From Dipteris shenzhenensis (taxonomy: Eukaryota), in NCBI GenBank assembly GCA_047967505.1, contig CM106538.1: a DNA stretch of 64,000 nt; one strand, written 5' to 3'. The position numbers were made by a program, and so were the translations under genes. This document shows, piece after piece, positions 1 to 12,595 of this stretch (positions are counted from its first letter, which is position 1; each line of letters starts with the position of its first letter). Below the pieces are notes generated by a model. That model saw only the letters and a list, made by a program, of their open reading frames with translations, ran no database searches and had not been told where the DNA came from.

Positions 1-1639
1 TTTCTTTGGTCAGCTCTTTTTATCGGATCTAAACCTCATCCATGCTAGCTCTAGTCTCAACCTTAGGTTAATCCAAAACTCCAGGTTAAATTGCACCCTA
101 ATCCTCAGCCTTCACCGATACTGGGTTAGTTTGGTCTTAACCCTAACCCTGGCCACAGCTAACTCTAGGTTAAACTATTATTAACCCTAGATCCAATATA
201 CATCTTACTTAACTTGGCCTAGTAGGACCTAGTTAGTTCTGTTACAGATGTAACATTCTAGCTTTACGTCTGCATAGACCAGGGTAAAAAGATTGAAATC
301 TTTCAATATCTATTCCATGACTCTTTGACTATATTTCTCAGTTTGAACTCCATTCAAGTTAGTATCTACTACAGTGAGAACCATGGAATTCATCCAAGGT
401 AAAATGAGAAATATCAATCTAGAATCCAGTGAGTAGATTTAGAAACTGATTACAACCTGCTTACTGTCACTAGTTCTCTTACCTGAGAGCTGAGTCAACA
501 ATATATGACAACCTGATTAAATCTTCTGATCTTGTACTCGATCAATAACGATCACTAGAATTATTTAATAGACTGATGTAACTCTATCCAAGATCTCTAG
601 GGTACTATCATCATAGACCATCAATAAATAATCCTGACACAAGTATACTACCTCTATTTAGCCATAACTACTGAATTACCTGTTCAAGAAGATCTTATCA
701 CCAAGTCCTCAGATGACCATCCCATCTTGGTGCATCATCGTTTAATTGGATAAGTACTCTTGAAAGTGCTAAACTCAATCTATTCAGCAGTATTTGCTGA
801 AATATTAAGCGTCAAGCTATTTCATTATCCAATAATACAAACCACCCGCATTGGATAGCTCTAATTTATTTCCATGTCCTCAAAATGAAACATCCAACCA
901 CTAGTTAATCTCTATATTTCCAATATGCAACTTTCAAATGATTGTGCTAAAGCCAACTATCATCATAAGTGACGTCCACAACATGTGTTTACCATCCCAT
1001 AATTTGGTGGTAACATATAGGCTATAATCAAGTAGATCTCAGTGATGCGCTACTGTTTGTCCCCAAAAGAATACCACAATATAAAAAATGATTATAGCTC
1101 TTAGCTATCCCCACCGTGTCTCCATAAGGTATCAAACAATGACAAACGCAATTAAACATTAATCAGTTCCAATTCCTCTATCTTGGCGTCAACTTATTAT
1201 ATCTAAAAATGAATCAGTTCCACTCCCTCTATCCTGGATTCAGCTTATTATATCTAAAAATCGACCTCTTGAAAACATTATCTCCAACCATTAACTTCTT
1301 CCATTATGCTTTGGAAATCATGATTTGAGACCAATAACAAGCTAGTGATCGTTTGTTGCACACATCATTCTTTGCATAATCTTTTGCATGAGTAAATACC
1401 ACTTCATTGGTAGAGTTGCTTGCATCCCATTCAACGTCCATTGGCACTAGACCAATCAAATTCAAGTGCTCATAATAGACAACCTTGTGTAAATTTTGCA
1501 AATTTCTTACAAATCAATTTCAATTCACAAGTTCTCCATTGTCATTATATGCAAGGGGACCTAGCTTGTGTGAAGTTGTAGATGCCACTATCACAAATGC
1601 AAATCTAGAGATTGTATCAGACGGTGACCCGAAGTCTAC

Positions 1640-2530
1640 CACGGATGCCATGACACCTTCCATTGTGAGGGCTGCAAACACATGCAGGAATTTGTTGCCA
1701 TCACATACAAGCGAAAACCCAACTTCTTCAGATGGAAGTGTTGCTATTGAGCCACCATACCGAAAGTTGCCAGAGAACTTGCTACTCCAGCTACATAATT
1801 GTGGATCTGAGAACAAAAATAGATACTTGTTTGTATATCTTTCTCTTCTTGTAGGAAGGGGCATTTTCAAGACAATTGACTTGAGCTTCTTGATGGTAGG
1901 GCACACACATGAGGACATTGATGCAATGTTCAGCAGCTTCTCCGAGAGTTTGCGAGTGGGACAAACGTTCACTTTTCCTCATTTGATGGATACATTCAGA
2001 AAATTTACATAATCTTCACCAGCACCATTTCTTCTTACATGAGTTCCTAGCTTCAAGGATCATGTGGATGGTTACCTATGTGATGGGCAAGGAAATGCTA
2101 GTTGGTCATGCAAAGCCATTGCAATTTCGAATTTTCATGCAAGGTGACAGACCTAAGATGCAGTACAAGGTGCATCCAAAATCACCAAACTGGATGCCCA
2201 TTGAAGGGGGAATTCAGCTGTGGAAGAAAGATAGCAAGGGACAACCATTGTTGCCAAGAGGTTGTTTAGATATATTGCCATTGGCTGAATTTGTGAGAGA
2301 CCACTTGCAAGTAATATCAGGGATAAAGGATTACATTAAGTTTTGGGAGAGATGTGCAAGTGGAAAGAATGCATCGTATGAGTCTACATTATGCCAATGA
2401 AAGGCTACTGGAAAAACATTATCGGTGAGCTTGAATAGGAAAACATCTCAGAGACAGGAGTGCACAGAGATTTTTGGCCAAGAACACAGTCGCCTAATGA
2501 GGAGGATGATATAGATGCTTGCATTAATGA
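1640..2530 (+). pseudogene. Degraded DDE-type transposase (DUF7869-like / Sola1-related)
   Basis: Motifs LLLQLHNCGSENKN (usually LQLDNC..ENKN, catalytic D->H) and SFLMVGHTHEDIDAMFS. Stop at ~2010, frameshift near 2060, and the frame continues as GHAKPLQFR...MQYK. Confidence 0.7.
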
Positions 2531-2534
2531 GTTT

Positions 2535-3650
2535 TAACGTTTTGTGGGCTCAAGACGGAACTACCGAAGCACGTATGGAACTATGAATTCTCTCTTGCTG
2601 GTGACCAGATTGACTGAATTCTTGTACCGGAGAGGATCTTCATCGGAAACAAATATTTATTTGATGTCTCTACTCCACGTCGACCTGCATTGCTCTTTCC
2701 TCACCTGTCTTGCCATTTGCCATCATCGTCACATTGCAAGAGCCCACGTTATCAAATCTAGACGTCTCTCAAGAGATGCCGCACGACAATCTACGAAGCT
2801 TGCATGCAATTCTGAAATCGATGTCGTCTCCTAAAGCTGTTGTAAAAAAGCATCTACCTGTGCAACGCTTGGATTCCTAGAGGAAAGCCTGTGTGCTCAA
2901 TCTTCTCACGCTAGAATCAGCTCCCGTCATTTTCAAGAGTAGCAAAAGCACTCATGGAATTAGCACCATACAACTGATCGACGTATTTACTTACTATCTT
3001 GAACATGAAAGGAGGATCATAACTGAGATGGAAATAATATTCAATCTGCCGCTCAATCTCTACATTTGTGTTGCCACCATGATAACTGCCACTATCGGGT
3101 AAAGAAATTTCTTTGGCTATTCTCGGTCACATCAAATGCTTGTTTCTTTGGAGGCATAGACTTGATCAGCTCAAGTAGCCACTTACTCACAAAATTTTGG
3201 GGCTTTTTCCATTAAACCTTTATTTGAATTGAAGCTCCAACCATGTAAGATTTTGGGGCTCATTGACCGGTTTTAAGACCACCGCCTACTCGACATTTAT
3301 AACTCCCTCCCCAACTGCTCCAATGGACTTCACCGACACATCATTTGAGGACATTCATGCCGAGTGCTTCATCGACATTCGGATGCAGGATGTGCATACA
3401 TTTATATGCAGCAGCTATGCGGAGGACATCTCCATTTCGAGAGATCTACATTTTTAATTCCTTTATTTACTTTGTGTCAATAAAGCTCCTCTGCCTTGAG
3501 TAGTCCCTCTAAAATGATGTATGCTTTTGTGCCTTTGGAGTCAATAAGGGTACTCTGCCCTAGGTAGTTCCCCAAAAAGTGATTGTATTGGGTGTTTACT
3601 CTTATGGCTATGCAAGACTCCTACCCACTTCACAGTCAGGGGGGGTTACA
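2535..3650 (+). mobile_element. Possible LTR remnant
   Basis: Non-coding block that interrupts the transposase and ends in gggggggttaca, an LTR-like ...CA end. No partner LTR or TSD found. Confidence 0.3.
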
Positions 3651-3959
3651 AGTGATGGTCCTTCCTGCTGGTCGCAGCTGACTGAGAAGTCACTATCACA
3701 CGGGAGGTGTTGCATAGTTAGACTTGCTCTTTGCAGTATTGCAGTGGAGGGGGGATCGGTTTACTCCTTGCGTGTTGAGTCTCACATTCTTTGCTTTGAG
3801 GGGGGATGTTGGAGAAATCATAGTCAAAGAGTGTATTCTAGTGTGAGTGTGTCCTACATTTGTGTGGGTGTGAATGTGTCTTGTAGGTGAGCAATCAGTG
3901 CCACCTCCTAGAGTTAGGTGAGTTAGGTGTGTGAGGTGGAGGTCTAGTGACCTCACCTA

Positions 3960-6680
3960 TAATGTCAAAAGAGAAGTCTACCCAGCCTATAACGAGGCCC
4001 TATGTACTTGTTGAATCATCAATGAACATCGAGTTCATTCTGGCTCAATCCTGTGTCTATCATGTGATTGCTATCCACTTCTCTCTTTCACCCTGATTCC
4101 AACACCCACAATCTTGATAGGCTGAAATGCAATATGCATGAGCATATCATCCATAGACCTGGGCAACCTACCCCCTAGGGAGGCATCCCCGTCTGATCCT
4201 TCTAGACCTAGACAACCCGCCTCCGGAATGAACATCAAAGACCAAGGCATCCCTGTTTGATTCTTGTAGTCCTATAATGTAAAGTGAGATCCCTAATCCT
4301 TGTAGTCCTATAATGTGAAGTGGATCCTTGATCTTGTAAAGGCTCAAAGCCAAGTAGACTAAAAGTGAGGTCTATCACCTGCAAGATCCCAATCCAAGGG
4401 TATGGCTGGATCAATCTGCTGAATTCTCCATGCACTTCCTCTGAGGTGACTTACTACTTGGAGTCTACGATCACTTAGAAGGTTTTTGAAATCCTTCCAA
4501 GAATCCAAAGAGGAAGCAGGACCTCTCTCCCATCTAGACTACTACATATAAGAAGTACTAAGTGGTCAGCCATGAACAACAAGTATACCATCATTCCACA
4601 TTATAGGCTGCCTATCAGTATCTTCTCGAGAGAAAGGGGAAACTCTCCGAAGAAAACTCCTGAAGCTGACCCAAACTTTCAAGATAGCAGCCATAAAAGG
4701 GGAGGAGGGAGCTCTGAGATGGGCTGAGTTAAAGATCCACCTGGTACTGTCCATCCAATCTCCACTTATGTAAGGGGTACAAGACTATATGCATTGAATG
4801 AAAAAATACTTCCAAGGTTTTTGTCCTGACAAAAGTTCTTTGGCCACCCACCTTGCGTAATAAGGATCTACTCTCCAAGTCTAGATCTATTATATCGAGC
4901 CCTCCTTCCCACATGAGTAGGACCAAGGTCTCCCAAGCTACACTGACTCTGTTGCCTGCCAAACCATCTAGTCCACTCCAAAGAAATTCCTTATCGGCCT
5001 TTTGAGCTGAGTGATGCAATCCCTAGAATGGCACCAATAAGAGAAAACAAACCATCTTGTGGCCAGCAATACTTGGTTGACTACCACCCCCTTGGAAGCA
5101 AAGTCAAATTTGACTGAACTCCAAAACAAAAGTTTTCTCCTGATACTTTCCAACCCAAGGGCAAACTAAGAGAGGTGCGTACACCCACCTAGAAGCCCAA
5201 ATATCTTACAAAAACACCCCTTTAAATCCAAGTAAAACCAAAATTAGCCCCCCAAACTAGAGTGTCCTGGTCACTAATTTGAAAGAAAATGGATTTATTC
5301 CAACTAATATGTGCATCTACTGCAGAGCAAAATAAATCCAAGGCTGCCCTAAAAGAAGTCAGATTTTGTGGAGTGGCATCCAAAAAAAACAGCAGTATCA
5401 TCAGCCAGCTCATTATCCAAGAGCTCCCCTTCCTATCTCAGGGGAAGTCTCAGCCCAATAATGTCGACCTGAGATCTCCAAAATACAGTCATAGCTTGAC
5501 CCACAGATAAATACAAGAAGGAGAAAGAGGGCATCCTTGGCGAACTGATCTAGAAATCTGAAACCTCTCTCCCCTTTCGCCTCTAATAAGCTCTGGCTTG
5601 TACAATGAGGAAGCCCCTCTAATCCAAGCATTTGAAAATCCAAAGTTCACTCCAAAAAACCCCGATCTACTATCATGAGCTATATAAGAGTAGAATTGGC
5701 AAGGCATTGGCCACTCTATACAACCTAATGTGAAGCCAACTAAAAAGAGAAGATATCATTAAAAATGCTTCTACCATGCACGAAGACCATTTGCATATAA
5801 TGAATGAGATATGTAAGAATGGGCTGCAAATGAGACTGATAGCTTTGGATGAAATCTTTTAAAAGTTTCCAAAAGAGTCCATTGGGAAATCAAAGTTTTG
5901 CAATCTCCCTTTGGGATAGGATGAATGAGAACCTCTATAAGTGAATCAGCATAGTATCAAAGTCCCAGACACCTTGCAAGGTTGAGGTGACATGGTCCCC
6001 AATCATGTCTCAAAAAAAAAAAAGGAAGGTGTCAACCCATCTAGACCTGGGCATGGGCATTTGCCCTTGTGAAGGGCGAGAAGTGCCCTCCTGAATTTTG
6101 GATGTTGAAAGGTGCATCAAGTGAGACTCTCATTTCTGGTTCCACCAATGCTAGAATACGTTGCTAAACTCTGTGTTTGGCATCATCTCTGGCAAGTGTG
6201 CCAGAATCTATTGAGAGAAGGGAGGCATAAAATCTATTGCTATATGCAAGACAACATCATGATTTGTCTCTAGAACCCCATCTAAGTCAATAAGTTGAGA
6301 AAAACTCTCTCTACCATGCCTCAGGTCAAGAGTAGAGAAAAAGTGTTTATTGAGTCTACCTCCCATCTGAATCCAAAAGGACTCCTATGCATGAAAGACA
6401 TACTCTGTTCTCTAAAACCTGTTGAGGAGCCCTTGCTAGAGCAAGGTAGTCTTGAATCCAAGGATCTATAGGCCTTTTTTTGTCTTCCCTCTAAAGGGCT
6501 GCTAATTGTTGCCAAAGGCCCATCTCCGAGCTGAGATTTTCATGTCTCTCGGTGCTAGCAATAACATGATCAAAATCACTAATACCAGAGACGAGTCCCT
6601 CTTTTTATCTGAAGGCAAGTCCGCCATGTTAAATTGCCCTCCAATAATCCATGAGTCTGCAATGGGGTCACCTAACGGGT
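3960..6680 (-). mobile_element. Degraded L1/Tx1-clade LINE ORF2
   Basis: Fragments: WIIGGQFNM (endonuclease), SRSVRQGCPLSP, ELADDTAVF (RT ADD), KGVVVNQVLLATRWF, and EGGLDIID. Many stops and frameshifts. Confidence 0.8.
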
Positions 6681-7601
6681 GGTTTATGGTGGTACGGGAC
6701 ACTACGGATACTATCAGTGGTGGTGGACGCATCCGAATTCTTGAACAGTATATCCTTGTGATTGGACACGGTATCATTATACTGTCTAGGGTATAGTGGA
6801 TCATTTTGTTGATTGGGGGACTTGCGGTTAGTCTCCTCAACCTATTTGCCCCCAACTATAGAGGGGATCACGTCCTTTTTTGGAAGGAACTTCTCTCTTG
6901 GGCATTATTCACTTGGGACCATCGCTGACCTTGGTAGGATCCAAGACATGTTACACATTCAATCAATTATAGAAAATCATTTAGAGAGAGAGGCAAAGGG
7001 TGGAACGTAGTCAAGACCCATTCAATCAATTCTAGAAAATCATTTCGTGAGAGGCAAAGGGTGAAACATAGTCAAGATGTATCCAATGTGTCAGTCTCAA
7101 CATTCTATTATGTGAAAGTGGACCTTCCGCCTCTACCAATCATAACACGTGAGTTACTAGTTCTGGTATCTTTCCAACGTGTCTTAATCAAGATATATGA
7201 AAGCAAGCCCTCACTTGTGTCAATCATGACACATGAGCCTCCTTTCACACTATATCCATGTAAGACAATGAGCAACGCAATCAAGAGTCCCAAAAAAGAT
7301 AACCCATTATCTTTCACATAGTATTTATCCAAAAGACCAAAAAGAATAATCATTGATAGCTCACTCTGTAGTGATCAAAGCATGAGAGAATCAATCTTAT
7401 TATCACTCATGAACCTTCCTTTCTTGTTCTAACCAATAAAGCATCCCATTAGATTTCTTATCTAAAAGAAATTACTTATGTTTCACAGTTGATTATTGTC
7501 ACATGCAGCCATGTACTGGGGTGCAAGGTGACAACTGGCTTCATCGACAAAGTACAGATAGTTCATATGATAGGATATTTTGTCATATGCCATGACCCCA
7601 T

Positions 7602-8601
7602 TGTGAGCCCTTGTCCAGGGATAGTCAGGCACGACCTACGCAAGTCAGTCTCACAGCCTTAGGTCAAGGCAGAAATCAAGTCCTTCTTCACTAGTACCCA
7701 CTGGAGAACAATAGGTTAGTGTTTCCTTCTTAGGGTTCTAGATAGGTCTAGGTCTAGTACCCACTGGAGAACAATAGGTTACTGTTTCCATCTTAGGGTT
7801 CTAGATAGGTCTAGGCCTCAGCCTAGGTTAGGAGCCTAGAAGGGCCCCCTAAGGGCTGCACCAAGTGAGCTCCCATCAAGGGAGAATGGATTGGGGAAGG
7901 GATGCCTTTATAGGCTGCCCCTCCCTAGGCAATAAATAGTGGGAAAGTGAGCCCAACCAGCCAGACAACAAGCCGATTGGCTGGTCAGCTTGTTTGGGGC
8001 TAGTTGGCTCACCCCACAGCCCCCTATTTGAAGGGGGGCTGCTGCACTCATTCCTCATCCAGCTCCCCAGCAAAAAGCCTCCAGTCTCCAGCCCGGCGCA
8101 GTCCTCAGCCCTTCTAGAAGTCCCCTGCAAAACAGCAATCAGTTCAGCAGTCTCTAAGGCGTGATCAGGCAAGTGTCCACACAGCACCATAGCACAGCTC
8201 GGAGTTGAGGTTTGGTTCCTGTTTCAGCAGCTTTCTTTTACAGTTTTCATCTCTTTTCTCAGTTCTTTCCCAGCTCTCTCTAGTTCCATCTCTCTCAGCT
8301 TTCATATAGATCTCTCAAGCTCCATAGCTCAGATTTCCGTCTTCCCTTCATCTCTCACACTCACACAGCTCCGCTGCATGCCCGAGGACAGTACAAGCCT
8401 CTTCAATAGCCTTGCACAGTGGTCCACATCTTCCGTGTCGGCCGCATGGTCTTGGTCGAGACTTGGGTTGCTTCTCAGACATTTGTGGGTCAACTCTCCG
8501 TATCAAAGGGTCATCCTCAGAGCTAACTCCCGAACTCTCTGAAGGAGTATCAGTTGTATTCTTTTGCAGTTTCCCAAGTACAAAGGGGAGGGGGGTCCTC
8601 A
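7602..8601 (+). mobile_element. Probable solo LTR
   Basis: Starts TGTGAGCCC and ends GGGGGTCCTCA. TATA-like tttatag at ~7907, CT-rich downstream part, internal ~65 bp duplication at ~7690-7815. No TSD seen. Confidence 0.4.
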
Positions 8602-8847
8602 GTGGGTACAGGGACCCAATCCAGTGTCATCTACAGTCTGTCTCTAATCCTACTCTCTCTCATGGTGCATCTGCATACACCTCACACAAAAGTTTAAAGA
8701 AGGTCTTGATGCGCATTACACAATCATTCAACTTTGCATGTTACATTGGTATCAAAACTTTGGTCTGTAATCCAGCTTGACTACCACGAGTGCATGGTCT
8801 TGTTGAGACATGGAAAGGACACACACACTAGCATCATGGAGCACAGC

Positions 8848-9652
8848 AGAAAGAAAGAAAGTCTATTAACATCCACTGGAGACCAAAAGGTCTATGGGAC
8901 AGCAGTACATCTGCTTTAGGGAGGGCACATGGCAGCTCCCAAGGAGTGCAAAAAGCAACCCATATTATTTAGAGTACCTACATGATAGCTTGGAAGAGTA
9001 AACAGCCATACATCAGTTTAAGACTGAGAGTCTTTTGGTTTTGATTTAAACTCTCTGATTAGTGCTACACCTTCATGGTAAACTGCCTATTTTCCATCCT
9101 TTCTGGCAGCCTTGACTTTAGCTAATTCAGTTGCCTTAATCTTGAGTTGAGCTTGTGTAAGCTCCTTTGCTATCCATACTTTGATGCCCTTTAACTTGTA
9201 AGATTGTCGAAGAAGCTTGATCCGCATATCTTTTGACTTCAGTGTAAGGACTGCATGACCTTTATAGTGCAAAATAGAAGCTGGCCTAGAGTCGTCATCA
9301 TCTTGCTCATCATTATCCACCCAATCAATGTTGGGCAAGCTTGCTTTGATCTTTGTCAATATTCACTATATGTGTCCTCCTCTTTGTACCAATCTTTTGG
9401 GAGCCCCCTATTCGAATCTTCAGCGCATTATCACATCTAGCTTCGTGTTCTTTAATCTCTGCTTTGTTGTCCACTTCCCCGATCACTTCCTTCTTAGCAG
9501 TTTGTACTTCAGTGTGAACAAGATCTTTGACTGTAGAGACTAGCTGCGGGGTAAGGGGGGAATCCTTACAAGATTTTACAGCCTCATCAATTACTGCATG
9601 CTTACCAGCCCTTCCAGAATGTGAAGTCGGGCCTTTACTTCTGCCAGTTCCA
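8848..9652 (-). mobile_element. ORF1-only RTEX-like retroposon, copy A (5'-truncated)
   Basis: ORF1-like frame (...KLKGIKVWIAKELTQAQLK...ARKDGK*AVY...KDSQS*), ~120 nt 3' UTR, stem-loop at 8871-8900, (TTTC)n tail. Near-identical to copy B. Confidence 0.8.
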
Positions 9653-9977
9653 GAGAGAAGACGAGCATAGCTTCGCCTACCACGAAGAAAAAGAAAGTAC
9701 GCTTCCGCCAAGCATTCAAGCAATGTTAGAGAAGCTCATGGAACATAACAAACTCCTAGGGGCCATGCCTAAGACCTTTGCTTGTTTCTAAAGCCAAGCT
9801 TTTCCCATAAAGCTTTATCTTTCTTGGATCAGCTCTATCTATTGGAATCATCTTCTGTGCTTTTAGAATCAACGAAGAAATATGTTTTCTGAGCTGGTTT
9901 GGCCTGTGGGAATGGCTGATCCAAAACTTGAATTGGTCCAGATTGTGCTGGAGAAAGAATGGCTGGGGGTAACAAAA

Positions 9978-10043
9978 TCAGGTTCCATAAACATCAGCAA
10001 CCAGAGAACACAAGGGACTCACAAAAGGTCTAATGCCGTATAG
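9978..10043 (-). CDS. RanBP2-type zinc finger gene, putative terminal coding exon 6 (LYGIRPFVSPLCSLVADVYGT*)
   Basis: Acceptor tttctccttgtgtag, phase 0, matching the exon 5 donor. An internal gtgagt donor could give a different C-terminus. Confidence 0.5.
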   Translation of the reverse strand, partial: LYGIRPFVSPLCSLVADVYGT

Positions 10044-10354
10044 CTACACAAGGAGAAACCACAGCAAAAGAGATCAGAAAAGGAAACGTTCCAAATATAG
10101 AATCGTAGAACAATTCCATGTTCTTTGCAGCAATGACTTGTTACACAATGGAATGAAAATTATTTCTTGTTCTTAATGCTTGAAGGATAAGGAGAACATA
10201 ACGATAGGATGTAACTGATAAACAGAGATTACACATCAAGTTGAATGCTGAAACTTTATTAGATATCGGACCAAAATATTAGATATCAGCCCAAAATACT
10301 ATTACCAGAACTATAACTAGCAATTTGCAATGTAATATAAACAGAGCTGCATAC

Positions 10355-10757
10355 CCTCAGAAAGTCACTTGGCCGATCTTTATAGTTTTCCCATTTCAAA
10401 CTAGCTCGTAGTAGCGTTCTTGAACCTGAGGAATCGCTCATGCTGGAGTTGGAGCGGGTCAATATGTTTCCTACACCCAATACAGCAGCAGGACACACAC
10501 TTGCTCCAAAGTGGAACTGTGGCAGCATGTTTACTGTGGCATTTACCCCCATGGGAAAGCCTACAAATGTAGGAGAACCTATTGGTACAAGTGGTGAGGA
10601 GGACAGGGTGTTCTCCTCAGCCCGAAATCTTGATTTCATAGTCTGAAGCCATAATGCTGCTGATGCCAGACATTCACCTGCGTCTCCCATTGGATCAGAT
10701 GATGTGGCAAAACAGGCTACTAAATGTTCTGCAAGCCGTTTTCCTTCTGTTGCAGCA
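10355..10757 (-). CDS. RanBP2-type zinc finger gene, exon 5
   Basis: Acceptor gtgtctgtacag (phase 2, completes AG|T Ser). Open frame AATEGKRLAEHLVACFATSSDPMGDAGECLASAALWLQ...PSDFLR, donor gtatgc. Confidence 0.75.
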
Positions 10758-11044
10758 CTGTACAGACACACAGTACCAATGGAATCCTTCAGTGGGTCTC
10801 CAGGCTGCCAAAAAATATTTGCCCACACCTTTACTAAATCCCTATATTGCCCACATCAAGCTTTTCTGAATCTTTATGCCTACTCTGGAAAAATTTTGGT
10901 CCTTCTTGAAGCTGATAATGCAGTAATTGCTTGCTAACAATTCACAATTTTATGAATTCATATTTCCTTATCCTGCAGAATAAGAAAAGTGTAGACTGTC
11001 TTCCCATAAGTGCCAGGCCATGGAGATTCTTAGACTGCACATAC

Positions 11045-11181
11045 CTCAAGATACATCTGCGACCAGATAAAAACTGCTCACCATCAAAATATGATGATTC
11101 AAACTGTAGCTGTTCAAAATCTCCTTCCAGCCATGGATCGACTTCATTCATTAAGGTCGAACCAGATGACATCACCCTTTT
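11045..11181 (-). CDS. RanBP2-type zinc finger gene, exon 4
   Basis: Acceptor atgttgcag, frame KRVMSSGSTLMNEVDPWLEGDFEQLQFESSYFDGEQFLSGRRCIL, donor AG|gtatgt. Phases fit exons 3 and 5. Confidence 0.7.
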
Positions 11182-11529
11182 CTGCAACATAGAATCAGGA
11201 GAACTGAATCACAGCTGCTTCAGTATATAAGCTCGTAATGCATGATGACAAATATGTTTTAATGGAATTCTGCTGTCGAGCCACCGGAAGACAAGCTTTA
11301 GCCTTAAATAAGTTTGTACTAAAATGCAGGGAGCTTTGTTTTTCTAGCTGACAGAACTCAAATGTATCCAAACTAACACAAGACAACTTTTAAAACGGCG
11401 AAAGGAACACCTCAAAAGAAGCACACCACTCCATGTATAAACCTACCATAGAAGTCAATACATTACTGTAGAGGAAAATTTTCAAATTTAATATGTAAAA
11501 AAAAAACAAAATATGATAAACCACTTATC

Positions 11530-11860
11530 AGTTTCAAGAAGAGAAGGTTGCCAGGGAGCCTACAAAAACTCTCTCCATGGGAGATATTGGCATACTTAAC
11601 TTCATTGGGTTAAATGCCTCTAGTAAGGAAAAAGAAGGGTATTCAAGGATTATCATTTTCCAGGAAGATGTCATGATTGATCACCTATAGATACATTATT
11701 TTTAGATAAGGAGGTTCCCATGACTCCACGAAAACAATGAAATCTTGGTCATGCCATTGGGACTAGCTAATGTTGCAGTAATTTTCTGGAGGAAATAAAC
11801 GATTTGTTCGTAAAAACATAAAAATGTGCTTTTTATGGATGACCACTTGTTTATTTTTTT
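11530..11860 (+). mobile_element. Highly degraded Ty3/Gypsy RT relic
   Basis: EILVMPLGLAN...FMDDHL resembles the Gypsy RT motifs YEFLVMPFGLTN...FLDDIL. It may resume after the Copia at ~19490. Confidence 0.5.
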
Positions 11861-11893
11861 CCCCCTTTCTTGAAGGAAGGGGGGAGGGGGGGG

Positions 11894-12492
11894 GGTTGGA
11901 AATGTGGGATAGAATCACTCTAACCTCTCACCCTATGCAGAATAGGAACAGCTCCGTCTCACACACTCAATGATGCACACCATCCAAAAGAACCTCATTC
12001 AGATGATAGATATAGAAAGCATATACAAGATAGAGAATATGAGATGAACTCAGATGTATTCCTCCACCAAATAGTGGGCTCAAGATGAGCACAAAAGACC
12101 AGCAAAGGCTGGATATCTAAAGCCTGAGATCAATCCTACTCTTCCTGCTCCACGCTACCTTTGTAGGCTTCAGTAGCTGCTGTGGCTAATGCCAAAATGA
12201 GGGAGTAGGGGGGGTTTTATACAGCCCCGATGGGGCTGACCCCCTGCCTAAATCCTTGAAATGTGCAGCTTGTGGGCCGACCAGCTCCTGCCCTGCTTCT
12301 TGTGCCCTATAAAAGGGCCACCTCCAGGCCCTCTGGGCTGCTGCTTTGCTGTACACATGCAGCCTCCTGCTCTAGAGGAGCTTCCATACAGCCCTCCATA
12401 CAGCCCTAGATCCACCCCAATCCCCCTATGATCCAATGCCCCTTTGTCCCCACAAATCAAGGGCTCACAGGCGGGTGCATTGATCTCTTACA
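11894..12492 (-). repeat. Copia 3' LTR
   Basis: On the minus strand it begins TGTAAGAG directly after the PPT ttgagagggg. Aligns with 18898-19482. Confidence 0.9.
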
Positions 12493-12499
12493 CCCCTCT

Positions 12500-12595
12500 C
12501 AATGACACAACTGTGGGCTGATCCCCATGTGTCGAATGAGGTGCTCCATTTGCTCCCGTGGGAGAGCTTTTGTGAAGACGTCGGAAAGGTTGTCG
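12500..12595 (-). pseudogene. Copia RNase H C-terminus
   Basis: DNLSDVFTKALPREQMEHLIRHMGI* (ADIFTK motif), immediately before the PPT. Confidence 0.85.

Noticed and set aside
130-190. Telomere-like taaccctaaccc
   Set aside because: Only about two degenerate units, with no array.
10758-10828. N-terminal part of the 180 aa ORF (VWANIFWQPG...)
   Set aside because: A phase-0 start at 10828 does not fit the phase-2 donor of exon 4. The acceptor at 10758 does fit.
11880-11895. TSD of the Copia element
   Set aside because: The left flank is a poly-G run and does not convincingly match the right flank (ggtag).
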